A stretch of DNA of 64,000 nt from Bacteroidia bacterium (GTDB lineage: Bacteria > Bacteroidota > Bacteroidia > Bacteroidales > VadinHA17), in the NCBI GenBank assembly GCA_026391555.1, contig JAPLEB010000124.1, positions 66,268 through 130,267 of the forward strand, written 5' to 3'. Of this stretch, positions 10,269 through 20,430 are shown piece by piece. The notes under the pieces are model-generated. The model saw nothing but the letters and a program-made list of their open reading frames with translations, did no database searches and was not told the origin of the DNA. The position numbers and the translations under genes are program-made. The first letter of the stretch is position 1. Each line of letters opens with the position of its first letter.

Positions 10269-10749
10269 TACCCGAATGGTATTAATCCTGATCCCCAAAA
10301 GGAAATTATATAAAAACAAAAAAGCAGAATAAATTCTGTAATTTTATGCATAAAGTGCTCAAAATTATTGTTTTAGCTTTAATGCTAATAAGAGGATCGC
10401 AAGCCTATAGTGCTCCCCCGGAGAAAAATGAAAAAAATGAAACTAATTCCTATGATAGAGAAATACTCGAAGCTACACGGTTAGAACAAAAATCAATTTT
10501 ACTATATATTGAAATCAGGGGAATGAAACTACTGTGGAAAAAAACACTTTCATAATAAATAATCAAAAATGCCGGCGAAAAGCAGTTAATAATTTCAAGA
10601 TTCTATCTGATTCGGAATTAACGCTATCACTTATCAGTCATTTTGACCGATAAATTATAATGTGACTTATATTTTCAAAAGCAAGCATAATTATTTATAA
10701 AGAATGAGGAACGGACTCAGTAACTTACCTGCTATTATTAAAATTTATT

Positions 10750-10895
10750 TTAGTTTGAATTATTCATAAATTCAGTTAAGATATTCTATTCCTTTGTGTT
10801 ACTTTGTGCTGTACTTTGTGATCCTTCGTGGTAAAAAAAGATTAAACACAAAGGATCACTAAGGTTCACAAAGGTTTATGAATAAGGCAGGCTAA
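10750..10895. mobile_element. MITE-like element with IS1380-like terminal inverted repeats and an internal tttgtg/cacaaag palindrome
   Basis: The left end, tttgaattattcataaa (10754-10770), is the inverted match of the right end, tttatgaataaggcagg (10875-10891). The left-end 15-mer tgaattattcataaa is identical to 43380-43394. Flanking tetranucleotides are ttag and ctaa. Confidence 0.5.
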
Positions 10896-10933
10896 ATATG
10901 TTCTTAAGAATTTGCTATCTAAAGCTAACAATT

Positions 10934-13900
10934 ATGGGAAAACTATTCGTATTATTAATGATCTGCCTGATGGCAACTGCTACTACAGGTTCTGCCTGCT
11001 CATCGGTATCCGGTTCTGTTAATTCAGAGTATGGACTGACGGGTGCGGAGAATGATCAGCAGTTTACAGTAACTGGCACAGTAACAGATGCAGCCAATGG
11101 CGAACCGATAGCAGGTGTTACTATTCTTGTCAAAGGAGCCGCCATCGGACAAATTACTGACGCCAACGGAAAATATTCAATTTCTGTTCCGGATCCAAAT
11201 TCGGTGCTGATATTTTCATTTATTGGCTACACATTCCAGGAAATAGAGACTGGTAGTCAAAAGATCATAGATGTACAGATGATTCAGAGTGTTGAAGCTT
11301 TAGATGAAGTAGTTATTGTTGCTTACGGTACTCAAAGAAAATCTCACCTGACAGGATCTGTGGCATCATTAAAAACAGACAAGCTGGATGAGGTTCCTGT
11401 ATCGCGGATCGACCAGGCGTTGCAGGGTAAACTTGCCGGGGTTCAGGTTCTGAACCAGAATCCGGAGGCCGGAGCAGCTCCAAAAATCAGGGTTCGTGGG
11501 ATGGGCTCCATAAGTGCAAGCACTGACCCGCTTGTCGTTGTGGATGGATTCCCTGTTCCAGAGGGTTTATCAATGGTTAGTATGGGTGATGTGGAATCGA
11601 TAGAAGTGCTTAAAGATGCCTCATCTGCAGCCCTTTATGGTTCGCGTGCCGCAGGTGGAGTTATTCTTGTAACAACAAAAAGCGGTAATGTAGCAAAACC
11701 AATATACAATTTCAAAATGTATGCAGGTGCACGTACGCCATTAAAGTTGCCTGATATGATGAGCACCTCTGAATATGTAAGCCTCCTATACAAAGAGGCT
11801 GATCAGCGGAGACTTGATCCTGCTCTCGACGGAACAACTGCAACAATGGTTTTCAGTACCGTTGGAAGTGGTGATCAGGCATCTTATTTAATAGAGCAAA
11901 TAATTGATAAACCAACTGACTGGATGAAAGAGGCGCTGAGAAGCTATGGATCAATGCAGAACTACCAGTTGAGCGCTTCCGGGGGTGATAAGAATTTAAA
12001 ATACTTTATCTCCGGAAACTACAATAAAGAGGAAGGTATTATGAAAAACAGCAGTTATGACAAGTATAGCTTTCGTGCTAAAGCCGATGTTAAGCTTTCA
12101 AACGCTGTTACATTAGGAGTTAACATAGTACCCACGGTAAGCATTACTGAGAATCCTCCGGTTGACCTGACTAACTATCAGCGTTATCCATCGTGGCTCC
12201 CTGTTCGACATAATGAAGCAACAGCCGCCCTTGTCGGGAAAAAAGCAGGTGACTACGCTCAGGCCTCAGAGTTTCTTGGTGTTACAATAAGCGGGGTAGG
12301 GTTAAATGATGAAATATGGCATATTACAGGAGCCAACCCTTCCGGCTCGAGTGTCCAGAATCCGGTCTCGGTAAGGGAGCGTACCTCTATTCTCACTAAT
12401 GATTACAGGTTGCAGAGTAATGTCTATATGACAATCGACATTTTGCCCGGACTGCAGTTTAAAACGTCGGATGGTCTTTATGCAGCATATAAAGAATACA
12501 ACAAGAAAGAGAAAACCGAAGCACAAAACGCCGGAGTTCCAAATTCACTTACCCGTCAATCTACTTTCCACACAGACCTTTTATCGGAAAATACACTGAA
12601 CTACACTAAAAAAACCGGAGATCATGAGATTGGCGCATTATTAGGTTTCACAATGCAAAAAACCGAAAATAAGTTCAACGCTGTTGTTGGCACAAATTTT
12701 CCTGATGAAGAGATGCTCTCTTTTAACCTGGCATCGGCACTTCTGCTCGACAGCCCTGCCCTTTCTGGAACCACTTCCTCTTATTATTCAGAATCAATGG
12801 CATCTTATATAGGAAGGTTAAATTATGCTTTTAAAGGCAGATACATGATCTCTGCCAGTATCAGGGCTGACGGAAGTTCAAAATTTGCTGAAGGTCATAA
12901 ATGGGGTAAATTCCCGGCAGTCTCTGCAGGTTGGCGTGCATCAGAAGAAAGCTTTTTGAAAAACCTTAAATGGTTATCAAATCTTAAAGTGAGAGCCAGC
13001 TATGGATTGACCGGTAATAATAATATTCCCCAGTATTCTTATATGAATTCTGTTAACACAAGCAATTACGTTACCGGTTCCGGAAACGGAATTCTAGTCC
13101 CCGGGATGGCTTCTAACAATACGATTTTGGGAAACCCCGATATTACCTGGGAACAAACTGAAGAGGCAAACTTTGGCCTTGATCTGGGAATATTTAAAAA
13201 CAGGTTAACAATTACTGCTGAATATTATTATTCAAACACTATCCAGTTGCTTCTTCAGCAACCTTCAATGTATATTACCGGTCACCAGACCTACTGGAAT
13301 AATATTGGAGAGGTAAATAATCAGGGTCTTGAAATTGAACTCACAACAACCAATATTGATAAAAAAGGCTTTACATGGAAAACTTCAGCTAACTTTTCTA
13401 CTAATAAAAACAAACTGCTGAACTATGGAAACAAGGAGAAGGAAGATAATTTCGGTGAAAGAAATGAAGTTTACCGGGCTGCTATCGGCCAGCCATCAAT
13501 CCAGTTCTTTGGCTACGTGAGCAACGGCGTTTATACTACTCTTGAGGAAGTGGCTGCTGCCAAGGCTATTACGGATGCAAATGGAGTACCATTCACCTAT
13601 ACAAAATATTCTCCTGTGTTGGGTGGATTGAAGGTCGTTAATATGAATGGCGACAATAGAATAGATCCCGAAGACCGTGTTGTACTGGGTGATCCATTCC
13701 CCGATTTAGTATGGGGTATAACCAACACAATTGCATACAAAGGGTTTGATCTGGTATTTCTGATACAGGGGGTTCAGGGAATATCTGTGATAAATGGAAA
13801 CCTTAATTACAACGAATCGCTTCGTCTTAACACAGTATATACAAATACCCGTTATGTAAGTCCTATGTTCCCGGGTGATGGAAAAACAACTTTTGATAAA

Positions 13901-14209
13901 AACACATCGGGAGGCGATCTGATGCTTAGTGATTATTGTATTGAAGATGGATCATACGCTGCATTAAGGGATTTTACTTTAGGATACTCAGTTCCGAAGA
14001 AGATTGTAAAAAAGTTAAAAATTGGCGCTCTCAGATGCTATTTCTCCGCGCAAAACCTGGTGTACCTTATGGCAAAGGATTACAGAGGAGTAAACCCTGA
14101 AGCCCGTAAAACATCCGGCTCTTATTCAAGCCCGTTGATCGACGGTTACCAGAGAGGAGTCTTTCCGCTGAACAGAACCTTTACAGGTGGAATCGATATC
14201 ACATTTTAA
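10934..14209 (+). CDS. susC: SusC/RagA-family TonB-dependent outer-membrane transporter
   Basis: CarboxypepD_reg-like N-domain (VTGTVTDAANGEPIAGVTILVKG...TDANGKYSI), plug region and a long beta-barrel ending in F. A SusD-family gene follows directly. The likely start is ATG 10934 (MGKLFVLLMICL signal); the track start 10898 abuts the MITE end. Confidence 0.9.
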   Translation: MGKLFVLLMICLMATATTGSACSSVSGSVNSEYGLTGAENDQQFTVTGTVTDAANGEPIAGVTILVKGAAIGQITDANGKYSISVPDPNSVLIFSFIGYTFQEIETGSQKIIDVQMIQSVEALDEVVIVAYGTQRKSHLTGSVASLKTDKLDEVPVSRIDQALQGKLAGVQVLNQNPEAGAAPKIRVRGMGSISASTDPLVVVDGFPVPEGLSMVSMGDVESIEVLKDASSAALYGSRAAGGVILVTTKSGNVAKPIYNFKMYAGARTPLKLPDMMSTSEYVSLLYKEADQRRLDPALDGTTATMVFSTVGSGDQASYLIEQIIDKPTDWMKEALRSYGSMQNYQLSASGGDKNLKYFISGNYNKEEGIMKNSSYDKYSFRAKADVKLSNAVTLGVNIVPTVSITENPPVDLTNYQRYPSWLPVRHNEATAALVGKKAGDYAQASEFLGVTISGVGLNDEIWHITGANPSGSSVQNPVSVRERTSILTNDYRLQSNVYMTIDILPGLQFKTSDGLYAAYKEYNKKEKTEAQNAGVPNSLTRQSTFHTDLLSENTLNYTKKTGDHEIGALLGFTMQKTENKFNAVVGTNFPDEEMLSFNLASALLLDSPALSGTTSSYYSESMASYIGRLNYAFKGRYMISASIRADGSSKFAEGHKWGKFPAVSAGWRASEESFLKNLKWLSNLKVRASYGLTGNNNIPQYSYMNSVNTSNYVTGSGNGILVPGMASNNTILGNPDITWEQTEEANFGLDLGIFKNRLTITAEYYYSNTIQLLLQQPSMYITGHQTYWNNIGEVNNQGLEIELTTTNIDKKGFTWKTSANFSTNKNKLLNYGNKEKEDNFGERNEVYRAAIGQPSIQFFGYVSNGVYTTLEEVAAAKAITDANGVPFTYTKYSPVLGGLKVVNMNGDNRIDPEDRVVLGDPFPDLVWGITNTIAYKGFDLVFLIQGVQGISVINGNLNYNESLRLNTVYTNTRYVSPMFPGDGKTTFDKNTSGGDLMLSDYCIEDGSYAALRDFTLGYSVPKKIVKKLKIGALRCYFSAQNLVYLMAKDYRGVNPEARKTSGSYSSPLIDGYQRGVFPLNRTFTGGIDITF

Positions 14210-14291
14210 AGTAAATAATCAGGAAAAATCATCAGCTAATTCAACCAATCTTTGAAATCAAGAATCGGACATTGGTTTAATATAAAGAAAA

Positions 14292-15836
14292 ATGAAAAAT
14301 AAAATTGTTTTGATAATAATAACATTGTCTGCAATAACAGCCTTCACAGGTTGTGAGAAATTTCTTACAGACAAACCCCAGTCAGTATTGACACAGGTTA
14401 ACTTTTACACTACTCCTGTCAGGATAAATCAGGGTGTACTCGGTTGTTATGCCGGTATGGCAAGTATAACTAATGATGAATGGATGTTCACAGAAATCCG
14501 GAGTGATAATACCTGTGTAAACAATTCTGGAACAGGTAGTACTGTAAGGGTTGATATGTGTGATATGAAGTTTTTCAGAACTTCACCCAGCTTACCTATG
14601 GTTCGTGATTTCTGGTACAAAATTTTCCAGAATATTTCCAATATTAATGCGGTTTTGCCTTCAGTTGCAGACAATAAATACGTTACATTAGAAGCCCAGC
14701 GTGCCCAATATGAAGGAGAGTTACTGTTTATGAGAGCATACCACTATTTTCAACTGGTTTGTTTGTGGGGTGATATGTTCAAGATCACTTCTGTTATTGG
14801 TCCTAATGAGGCAAAAAAAATAGAGCGTTCTCCCGCATCCGAGATATATGATGAGATCATAATCCCTGATCTTGTCAAAGCGGCCGGTGAAGCACTTCCT
14901 GTATACCCGGGGATTGAAACCGGGCGTATTACCAAATGGGCAGCCAAAAGCTTGCTGGCAAAAGTCTATATGATGATAGGCGGAGCTGATAATCTGGCTA
15001 AGGCTAAACCACTTCTGGAAGAGGTACTTACAGCATCTCCTCATGGATTATTGACCGGAACTGGTGCTTATGCCAAAGTATTTGATATTACAAATGAAAT
15101 GAATAGCGAGATTATCTTTGCTGTTCGATATAAAGGGGGAGCCCTGGGAATCGGTTCTCCATTCTGGGGAACATTTGCTCCCGATGGTTCAGGAAACACC
15201 ATCTTAAAAATAGGAACCCCTGTTGGAAACAATAATCCGACGTTTGAGATTATGGCAAAATTCAATGAAGACCCGAAAGATACAAGAAAAGCCACCTGCT
15301 ACGGAGTATGGTATAAAACTCCGACTACACCATTGCAATATATTTCAAAATATACAGATGCTACAATGGCTCTGGCTCTTCAATCGGAGAATGACTGGAT
15401 CGTTATCCGTTATGCTGATATCGTACTTCTCTATGCTGAGGTGCTCGCCCAGGATGGCAATCATGCAATTGCTCATAATGAGGTAAATAAAACGCGTGTG
15501 CGGGCCGGAATGGATCCTATTCTTACCCCGTTTGCATCACAGGAAGTAGCTCTGGATTCAGTTTATAATGAACGTCGCAAAGAACTTGCCTTCGAAAATC
15601 AGCGCTGGTTCGACCTTTTACGCATGGGGAAATCATATAATACTCCGGACAAAGCAGTAGCAATACTCAGGAAGCATACTTTCGTAACGGATTGGCTGGT
15701 CTTATATTCCAAATATAACCCTATACTGCCTCCGGAAGACCGCTTCTTCAAAATTGAGCGTCTTTTATTGCCTATTCCGCAAGCCGAGATAGACACTAAC
15801 AATGAGATACCGATTAAACAAAATGATGATTATTAA
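14292..15836 (+). CDS. susD: SusD/RagB-family nutrient-binding lipoprotein
   Basis: Lipobox FTGC at the N-terminus and a TPR-like helical SusD pattern (RAYHYFQLV, ERRKELAFENQRWFDL). Positioned immediately after susC. Confidence 0.9.
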   Translation: MKNKIVLIIITLSAITAFTGCEKFLTDKPQSVLTQVNFYTTPVRINQGVLGCYAGMASITNDEWMFTEIRSDNTCVNNSGTGSTVRVDMCDMKFFRTSPSLPMVRDFWYKIFQNISNINAVLPSVADNKYVTLEAQRAQYEGELLFMRAYHYFQLVCLWGDMFKITSVIGPNEAKKIERSPASEIYDEIIIPDLVKAAGEALPVYPGIETGRITKWAAKSLLAKVYMMIGGADNLAKAKPLLEEVLTASPHGLLTGTGAYAKVFDITNEMNSEIIFAVRYKGGALGIGSPFWGTFAPDGSGNTILKIGTPVGNNNPTFEIMAKFNEDPKDTRKATCYGVWYKTPTTPLQYISKYTDATMALALQSENDWIVIRYADIVLLYAEVLAQDGNHAIAHNEVNKTRVRAGMDPILTPFASQEVALDSVYNERRKELAFENQRWFDLLRMGKSYNTPDKAVAILRKHTFVTDWLVLYSKYNPILPPEDRFFKIERLLLPIPQAEIDTNNEIPIKQNDDY

Positions 15837-15949
15837 TAGAAAACAACTGATATCATGAAACCCACATGTTATGCTAACACAAACACTTATAAATATAATT
15901 TTTATCAACATGTGCGGTTCCATCATACCTTAAAAATCAAAATTATATT

Positions 15950-17044
15950 ATGATGAAAAAGATAAATATAAAATCTCATTTTCTCCTTTTTTCAGTTCTT
16001 GTTGCCTTTACTTTGTTTCTAAGCTCATGCAATAAAGAGAATGAGGAGACTGTAGTTCCGAAAACTATAGCTGACTACATTAAGACGATGGGAAGCTTTA
16101 TTGCTTCAGAAAAAGCGCTTATTGATACCTGTGCAATAGGTTATAATAAGTATAATTTTAAGGTATCAGGCACTGCCAACTTTGTTCCTTATAAAACTGC
16201 CTATCTTCTTGTATTGGATACTGCCAAAGCAAGGATTAACAGGGCCGGTATAACCATTGCCGATATTGTAGCATTGGATAAAACACTATCCATTCCCGGC
16301 AAAGCTTTCTGGGGTAGTCTTTTCCAGTCTGACAGGCGCCCTTTGAATGATTCGATTGTTAAAGCAGAGACTTTGAGCGCTGCAACAATCGTAGGAACAG
16401 GAGCAGGGCAAATTCTACAAGACCCTAAGACAGTTTTCACGGCAGCTGTCACAAAAGCTAAAGCTACCCGCGATGCGACAGTCACAATTGACAGGCAGGT
16501 GGCTGGTGCAATTCTTTTACTTTTTGATGCGGGAAATGTTTTCAAGGCTGCAATCATACCAAATACCGTTGTAGAGTATCAGAGTAAATCGAAGCAATAC
16601 GTTGCCTCAGAAAAAACATTAGTTACTGCTTCTTCCATTGGCTATAATAAGGATGATTATAATGTAACTCAGCAAACAGCTTACCTCACCGTTTTAAATG
16701 CTGCTGAACCAATAGTTAACAACTCCGCTTCTACATATACAGACATTTCTACTGCATTGGGTACATTGGTGGTGGCCGGCAAAGCATTCTATGCCAGTAA
16801 GTTTGTCTGTGACAGGCGTCCGCTGAATGATTCAATTGTAATTGCACAGACTCTGAATACAGTGATTCTCGTCGGAACTACTTCAGGAAAAGTTCCACAG
16901 ACAGCTAAAACCGTCTTCACAACTGCCATCACAACTGCATCAACAGCTCGCGATAAGGCAACAACCACCGAGGGGCAGGTAAAAGAAACTGTATATTCTC
17001 TCGGAGAGGCTAAAAAGGTATTTGTTTTAGCAATAATACCATAA
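15950..17044 (+). CDS. Surface lipoprotein made of two tandem ~160-aa repeats (candidate glycan-binding protein)
   Basis: Lipobox LSSC is followed by an acidic NKENEE stretch. Residues ~36-204 and 205-364 align: ASEK.L...(S/A)IGYNK, GKAF....F..DRRPLNDSIV.A.TL and KTVFT.A.T both end in AIIP. It occupies the position after SusD. Confidence 0.7.
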   Translation: MMKKINIKSHFLLFSVLVAFTLFLSSCNKENEETVVPKTIADYIKTMGSFIASEKALIDTCAIGYNKYNFKVSGTANFVPYKTAYLLVLDTAKARINRAGITIADIVALDKTLSIPGKAFWGSLFQSDRRPLNDSIVKAETLSAATIVGTGAGQILQDPKTVFTAAVTKAKATRDATVTIDRQVAGAILLLFDAGNVFKAAIIPNTVVEYQSKSKQYVASEKTLVTASSIGYNKDDYNVTQQTAYLTVLNAAEPIVNNSASTYTDISTALGTLVVAGKAFYASKFVCDRRPLNDSIVIAQTLNTVILVGTTSGKVPQTAKTVFTTAITTASTARDKATTTEGQVKETVYSLGEAKKVFVLAIIP

Positions 17045-17169
17045 TTCTCTGATCTTCACTGCCGCGGGAATAAATCGGGCAGTGGTGTTAAAAACCAACT
17101 AAAGAAGACGAATATTATTAGGAAAAAGGAAGAATACACCAGTAAATTTTTTTAAAATATATTACATTA

Positions 17170-18615
17170 ATGAAATACAGGTTACTGATATTAATATATT
17201 TTGCAATAATCACATATTCAGATATATATGCGAAATATATTAAGGTCAGTAACATTATCCAATACAACGGAAAGATTAAAACATTAACACCGGGAGATTC
17301 CATTGTTTTGGCCAATGGAGTATGGAAAGATGTACAGCTTGTTTTTAAAGGGAAAGGGGAAAATGGGAAATACATTTATCTGACAGCAGAAACACCAGGC
17401 AGGGTTACTATTGAAGGAGAATCATGTTTGCAGATATCAGGAGAATGGCTGAATACTTCGGGTTTGGTTTTCGTGAATGGAAACACACCGAAAAAAACAA
17501 TTGTCGAATTCAGGACAAGTTCAAAGGATTATGCTTACAACTGCGTTATGACGAATTGTGTTATCGATAGTTATAATCAAAAATCAAAAGATATAGCTGA
17601 TCATTGGGTCGGTGTCTGGGGTAAGCAGAATTCCGTTGAGTATTGCTATTTCGGGGGAAAGACTAACACCGGAACCACGCTGGTAATATGGCCTGACGAT
17701 TCAAATTGCATAGATAATAATCATTTTGTTTATCGTAACTACTTCGGCCCTCGTCCACCGTTGGGCTCAAACGGAGGCGAATCGATAAGAATAGGAACAA
17801 GTGAGGTCTGTAAAAATAACTCAGGGTCAATCGTAGAAGGAAATTTCTTTGAACGATGCAATGGGGAAGGAGAGATAATCTCAAATAAATCAGGTGGGAA
17901 TAAATTTTTAAACAATACTTTTTTTGAATGTGAAGGGAGCTTAACTCTCCGGCATGGCAACAATGGTGTTGTTTCCGGAAACTGGTTTATCGGAAACGGG
18001 AAAAAGCTTACCGGAGGAGTTCGTGTTATTAACGAAGGTCACCGGATTTACAATAATTTCTTTTTTAAACTCACCGGAGATGAATTCCGTTCCGCTCTTT
18101 CCATCATGAATGCCATTCCTGATTCACCGCCCTCCGGTTATGCAGCCGTGAAAAACGTAATTGTTGCCAATAACACATTTGCTGATTGTAATGTTCCCTG
18201 GAGTTTTTGTGTTAATGCAGGTGAGAAAAACTGCACCATAAAACCTGAAAGTACTCTCCTGATCAATAATTTAGTGTATTGCCTCAGCGAGAGAGAACTT
18301 ATAATAAGTTATGATAAGACTGATGGCATCACCCTGGAAAATAACCTGATGGTTAATGAAAGGGGCTTCTATAAAGCAAAGGGTTCTGTGTCTGGCGAAG
18401 TTTTAACGAGAAAAGCAGGGGGCTTTGTTATTCCTTTTACAATCAAAGAAGCAAAGAGACTTCCTTTTGTGAAATATGATATATCGGGCAACTCTTTTGA
18501 AAAACCTGTGATCGGTGCTTTTCAGAATAATGAAGAAGTCCCTAAAGTGGAACTTGCAACTGCCATTAACTGCGGGCCTTCCTGGTACAAACCGGTTTTA
18601 TCAGCAAATAAATGA
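17170..18615 (+). CDS. Polysaccharide lyase family 6 (chondroitinase-B/alginate-lyase-type beta-helix)
   Basis: Has a signal peptide. The chondroitinase-B-type block is NGGESIRIGTSE...GEGEIISNKSGGN...GSLTLRHGN...GGVRVINEGHRIYNNFF. Confidence 0.8.
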   Translation: MKYRLLILIYFAIITYSDIYAKYIKVSNIIQYNGKIKTLTPGDSIVLANGVWKDVQLVFKGKGENGKYIYLTAETPGRVTIEGESCLQISGEWLNTSGLVFVNGNTPKKTIVEFRTSSKDYAYNCVMTNCVIDSYNQKSKDIADHWVGVWGKQNSVEYCYFGGKTNTGTTLVIWPDDSNCIDNNHFVYRNYFGPRPPLGSNGGESIRIGTSEVCKNNSGSIVEGNFFERCNGEGEIISNKSGGNKFLNNTFFECEGSLTLRHGNNGVVSGNWFIGNGKKLTGGVRVINEGHRIYNNFFFKLTGDEFRSALSIMNAIPDSPPSGYAAVKNVIVANNTFADCNVPWSFCVNAGEKNCTIKPESTLLINNLVYCLSERELIISYDKTDGITLENNLMVNERGFYKAKGSVSGEVLTRKAGGFVIPFTIKEAKRLPFVKYDISGNSFEKPVIGAFQNNEEVPKVELATAINCGPSWYKPVLSANK

Positions 18616-20363
18616 AAAAACTCAAGCCATACTCATCCCGCGGTACCGGAATTGATAATTTCAATATTTTTTTATTGAGGTTCAGTCCTTTGGAATCGAA
18701 AATAATTCTCCCCTACTGTTTTATGTTGAGTTTATTGTCTTTTATGAATGTAAGCGGGGCAACAATTAATGTTTCTACAATTGGCGGATTGCAATCTGCA
18801 ATTAATAATGCCTCGGCTGGCGATATAATTATCCTGGCTGATGGCACTTACGTCAACAGTACAATTAATATTAGTGCAAGTAATATCACAGTAAGTTCAG
18901 CAACACCCGGGGGTGTATTCCTGAATGGGACCAATGTAATCGATATTAGTGGTAATCATAACACTTTCAGCGGTTTCCAATTTACATCAGGTTCAATCTC
19001 CGGAGTAGTTATCACCGTAAGTGGCAATTATAACATCCTGACTCAATTAAACTTTAAAGGATATTCAGCCCAAAAATATATCAATCTGCAGGGTCAGTAT
19101 GACGAAATTTCATATTGCAACTTCGAAAATAAACCCATCGGAGCTCCTGCAGGTAATCTGATTCATATTGCACCGGATGCCACACTTTCCGGATATCACA
19201 GGATAAGATATTGCTCCTTTCAAAATATGCCAGGTGCAGGCGGAGACAACGGGAATGAATGTATCAGAATCAGCAATGGAGCAACATCAACTTACGTTTC
19301 AAGGACAATCGTGGAATTTTGTTTTTTTAACAATACAGGGCCTGGAGACAGCGAGGCTATTTCCGTAAAATGCCAGGAAAATGTTCTCAGATATAATACA
19401 AATACAAATAATCAGGGTGCAAATTTCTGTTTCAGGAATGGTGATAATAATATTGCGTATGGCAATTTCTTTATTAACGCCGGAGGTATCAGGGTGAAGG
19501 AAGCTAACAGTATTTATTGCTATAATAACTATTTCGAAAACTGTGGCGATGGGTCAATAACAGCTCCTGTTAAATATGTGTATGTGAGCCCTAATCTTAA
19601 TAATATCAACGTTATCCACAATACATTTGTAAATGGCACATCGATCGAATTAGCCAGTGGTGCAAGTTCAAATACCTGGGCGAATAATATTTTTAAAAAG
19701 ACATCCGGGGATATCTTTACAGGTTCCACTACAGGAATAACTTTTGTTGGAAACATATATAGTGGTTCCATGGGAGTTACTATTCCTTCGGGTATGACTA
19801 ATGCTGACCCGAAACTTGTAATGAATTCTGATGGCTACTATGGCTTATCTTCATCAAGCCCCGCCATTGATGTATCATCATCCGGTTATCCTGCTATCCT
19901 GGATATTGCTGACATTGACGATGATCCTTCCCTCCTGTTTGATATTAGCGGGCAGTCAAGACCAGTAACAACAACATTAATGGATGTCGGTTGTGATGAG
20001 TACACAACAGGAACGATATCAAATCGCCCTTTGCTTTTATCAGATGTTGGCCCTTCATACCTTGGCGGACCGGTGACATCAGCTCAAGATCTGAATTCAG
20101 AAAACATCAGCTTAAGTTTATACCCTAATCCGGCTTCCCAATATGTAAGAATAATATATTGCTTATCAGAAGAGTCTTCTATTCAGTTAGTTATTTACAG
20201 TTTAAGTGGTCAGGTTGAAAAAATACTTATCGAAAATGAACATCAACCGGCTGGTAACTTTAATCTTTCCTTTGACGCAACTGATTTAAAGGATGGCATG
20301 CATTTTGTAAGATTCATTAATGGAAATTTCACAAAAACGATAAAATTAATTGTAACAAAATAG
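18612..20363 (+). CDS. Divergent PL6-like beta-helix protein with T9SS C-terminal sorting domain
   Basis: ATGA overlap with the preceding stop. N-terminal GDIIILADGTY and the central block NGNECIRIS...DSEAISVKCQEN...FCFRNGDNN...GGIRVKE parallel PL6. The C-terminus LYPNPASQYVRI...GMHFVRFINGNFTKTIKLIVTK is a type-A Por sorting domain. The true start is uncertain. Confidence 0.7.
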   Translation: MKKLKPYSSRGTGIDNFNIFLLRFSPLESKIILPYCFMLSLLSFMNVSGATINVSTIGGLQSAINNASAGDIIILADGTYVNSTINISASNITVSSATPGGVFLNGTNVIDISGNHNTFSGFQFTSGSISGVVITVSGNYNILTQLNFKGYSAQKYINLQGQYDEISYCNFENKPIGAPAGNLIHIAPDATLSGYHRIRYCSFQNMPGAGGDNGNECIRISNGATSTYVSRTIVEFCFFNNTGPGDSEAISVKCQENVLRYNTNTNNQGANFCFRNGDNNIAYGNFFINAGGIRVKEANSIYCYNNYFENCGDGSITAPVKYVYVSPNLNNINVIHNTFVNGTSIELASGASSNTWANNIFKKTSGDIFTGSTTGITFVGNIYSGSMGVTIPSGMTNADPKLVMNSDGYYGLSSSSPAIDVSSSGYPAILDIADIDDDPSLLFDISGQSRPVTTTLMDVGCDEYTTGTISNRPLLLSDVGPSYLGGPVTSAQDLNSENISLSLYPNPASQYVRIIYCLSEESSIQLVIYSLSGQVEKILIENEHQPAGNFNLSFDATDLKDGMHFVRFINGNFTKTIKLIVTK

Positions 20364-20430
20364 ATTGACTTTTAAGGAATTAAGTCCTTCACAATAATTA
20401 AGAAAGAAATTTAATTTAATTTTGATATAA

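Noticed and set aside
10346-10555. 69-aa ORF with a signal-peptide-like start, downstream of the sulfatase pseudogene.
   Set aside because: It has no recognisable family and sits in a decaying region between a pseudogene and a MITE. It could be real, but the evidence is insufficient to call a gene.
10791-10875. Clustered tttgtg/cacaaagg word repeats, considered as a possible CRISPR-like or tandem-repeat array.
   Set aside because: The repeats are 6-8 nt words arranged as an imperfect palindrome inside a TIR-bounded element. They are not 25-40-nt repeats with unique spacers. No CRISPR array exists in the window.
17057-17083. Hairpin cactgcc...ggcagtg after the tandem-repeat lipoprotein gene, considered as a terminator.
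   Set aside because: The stem is only 7 bp and no T-run follows, so support for an intrinsic terminator is weak.
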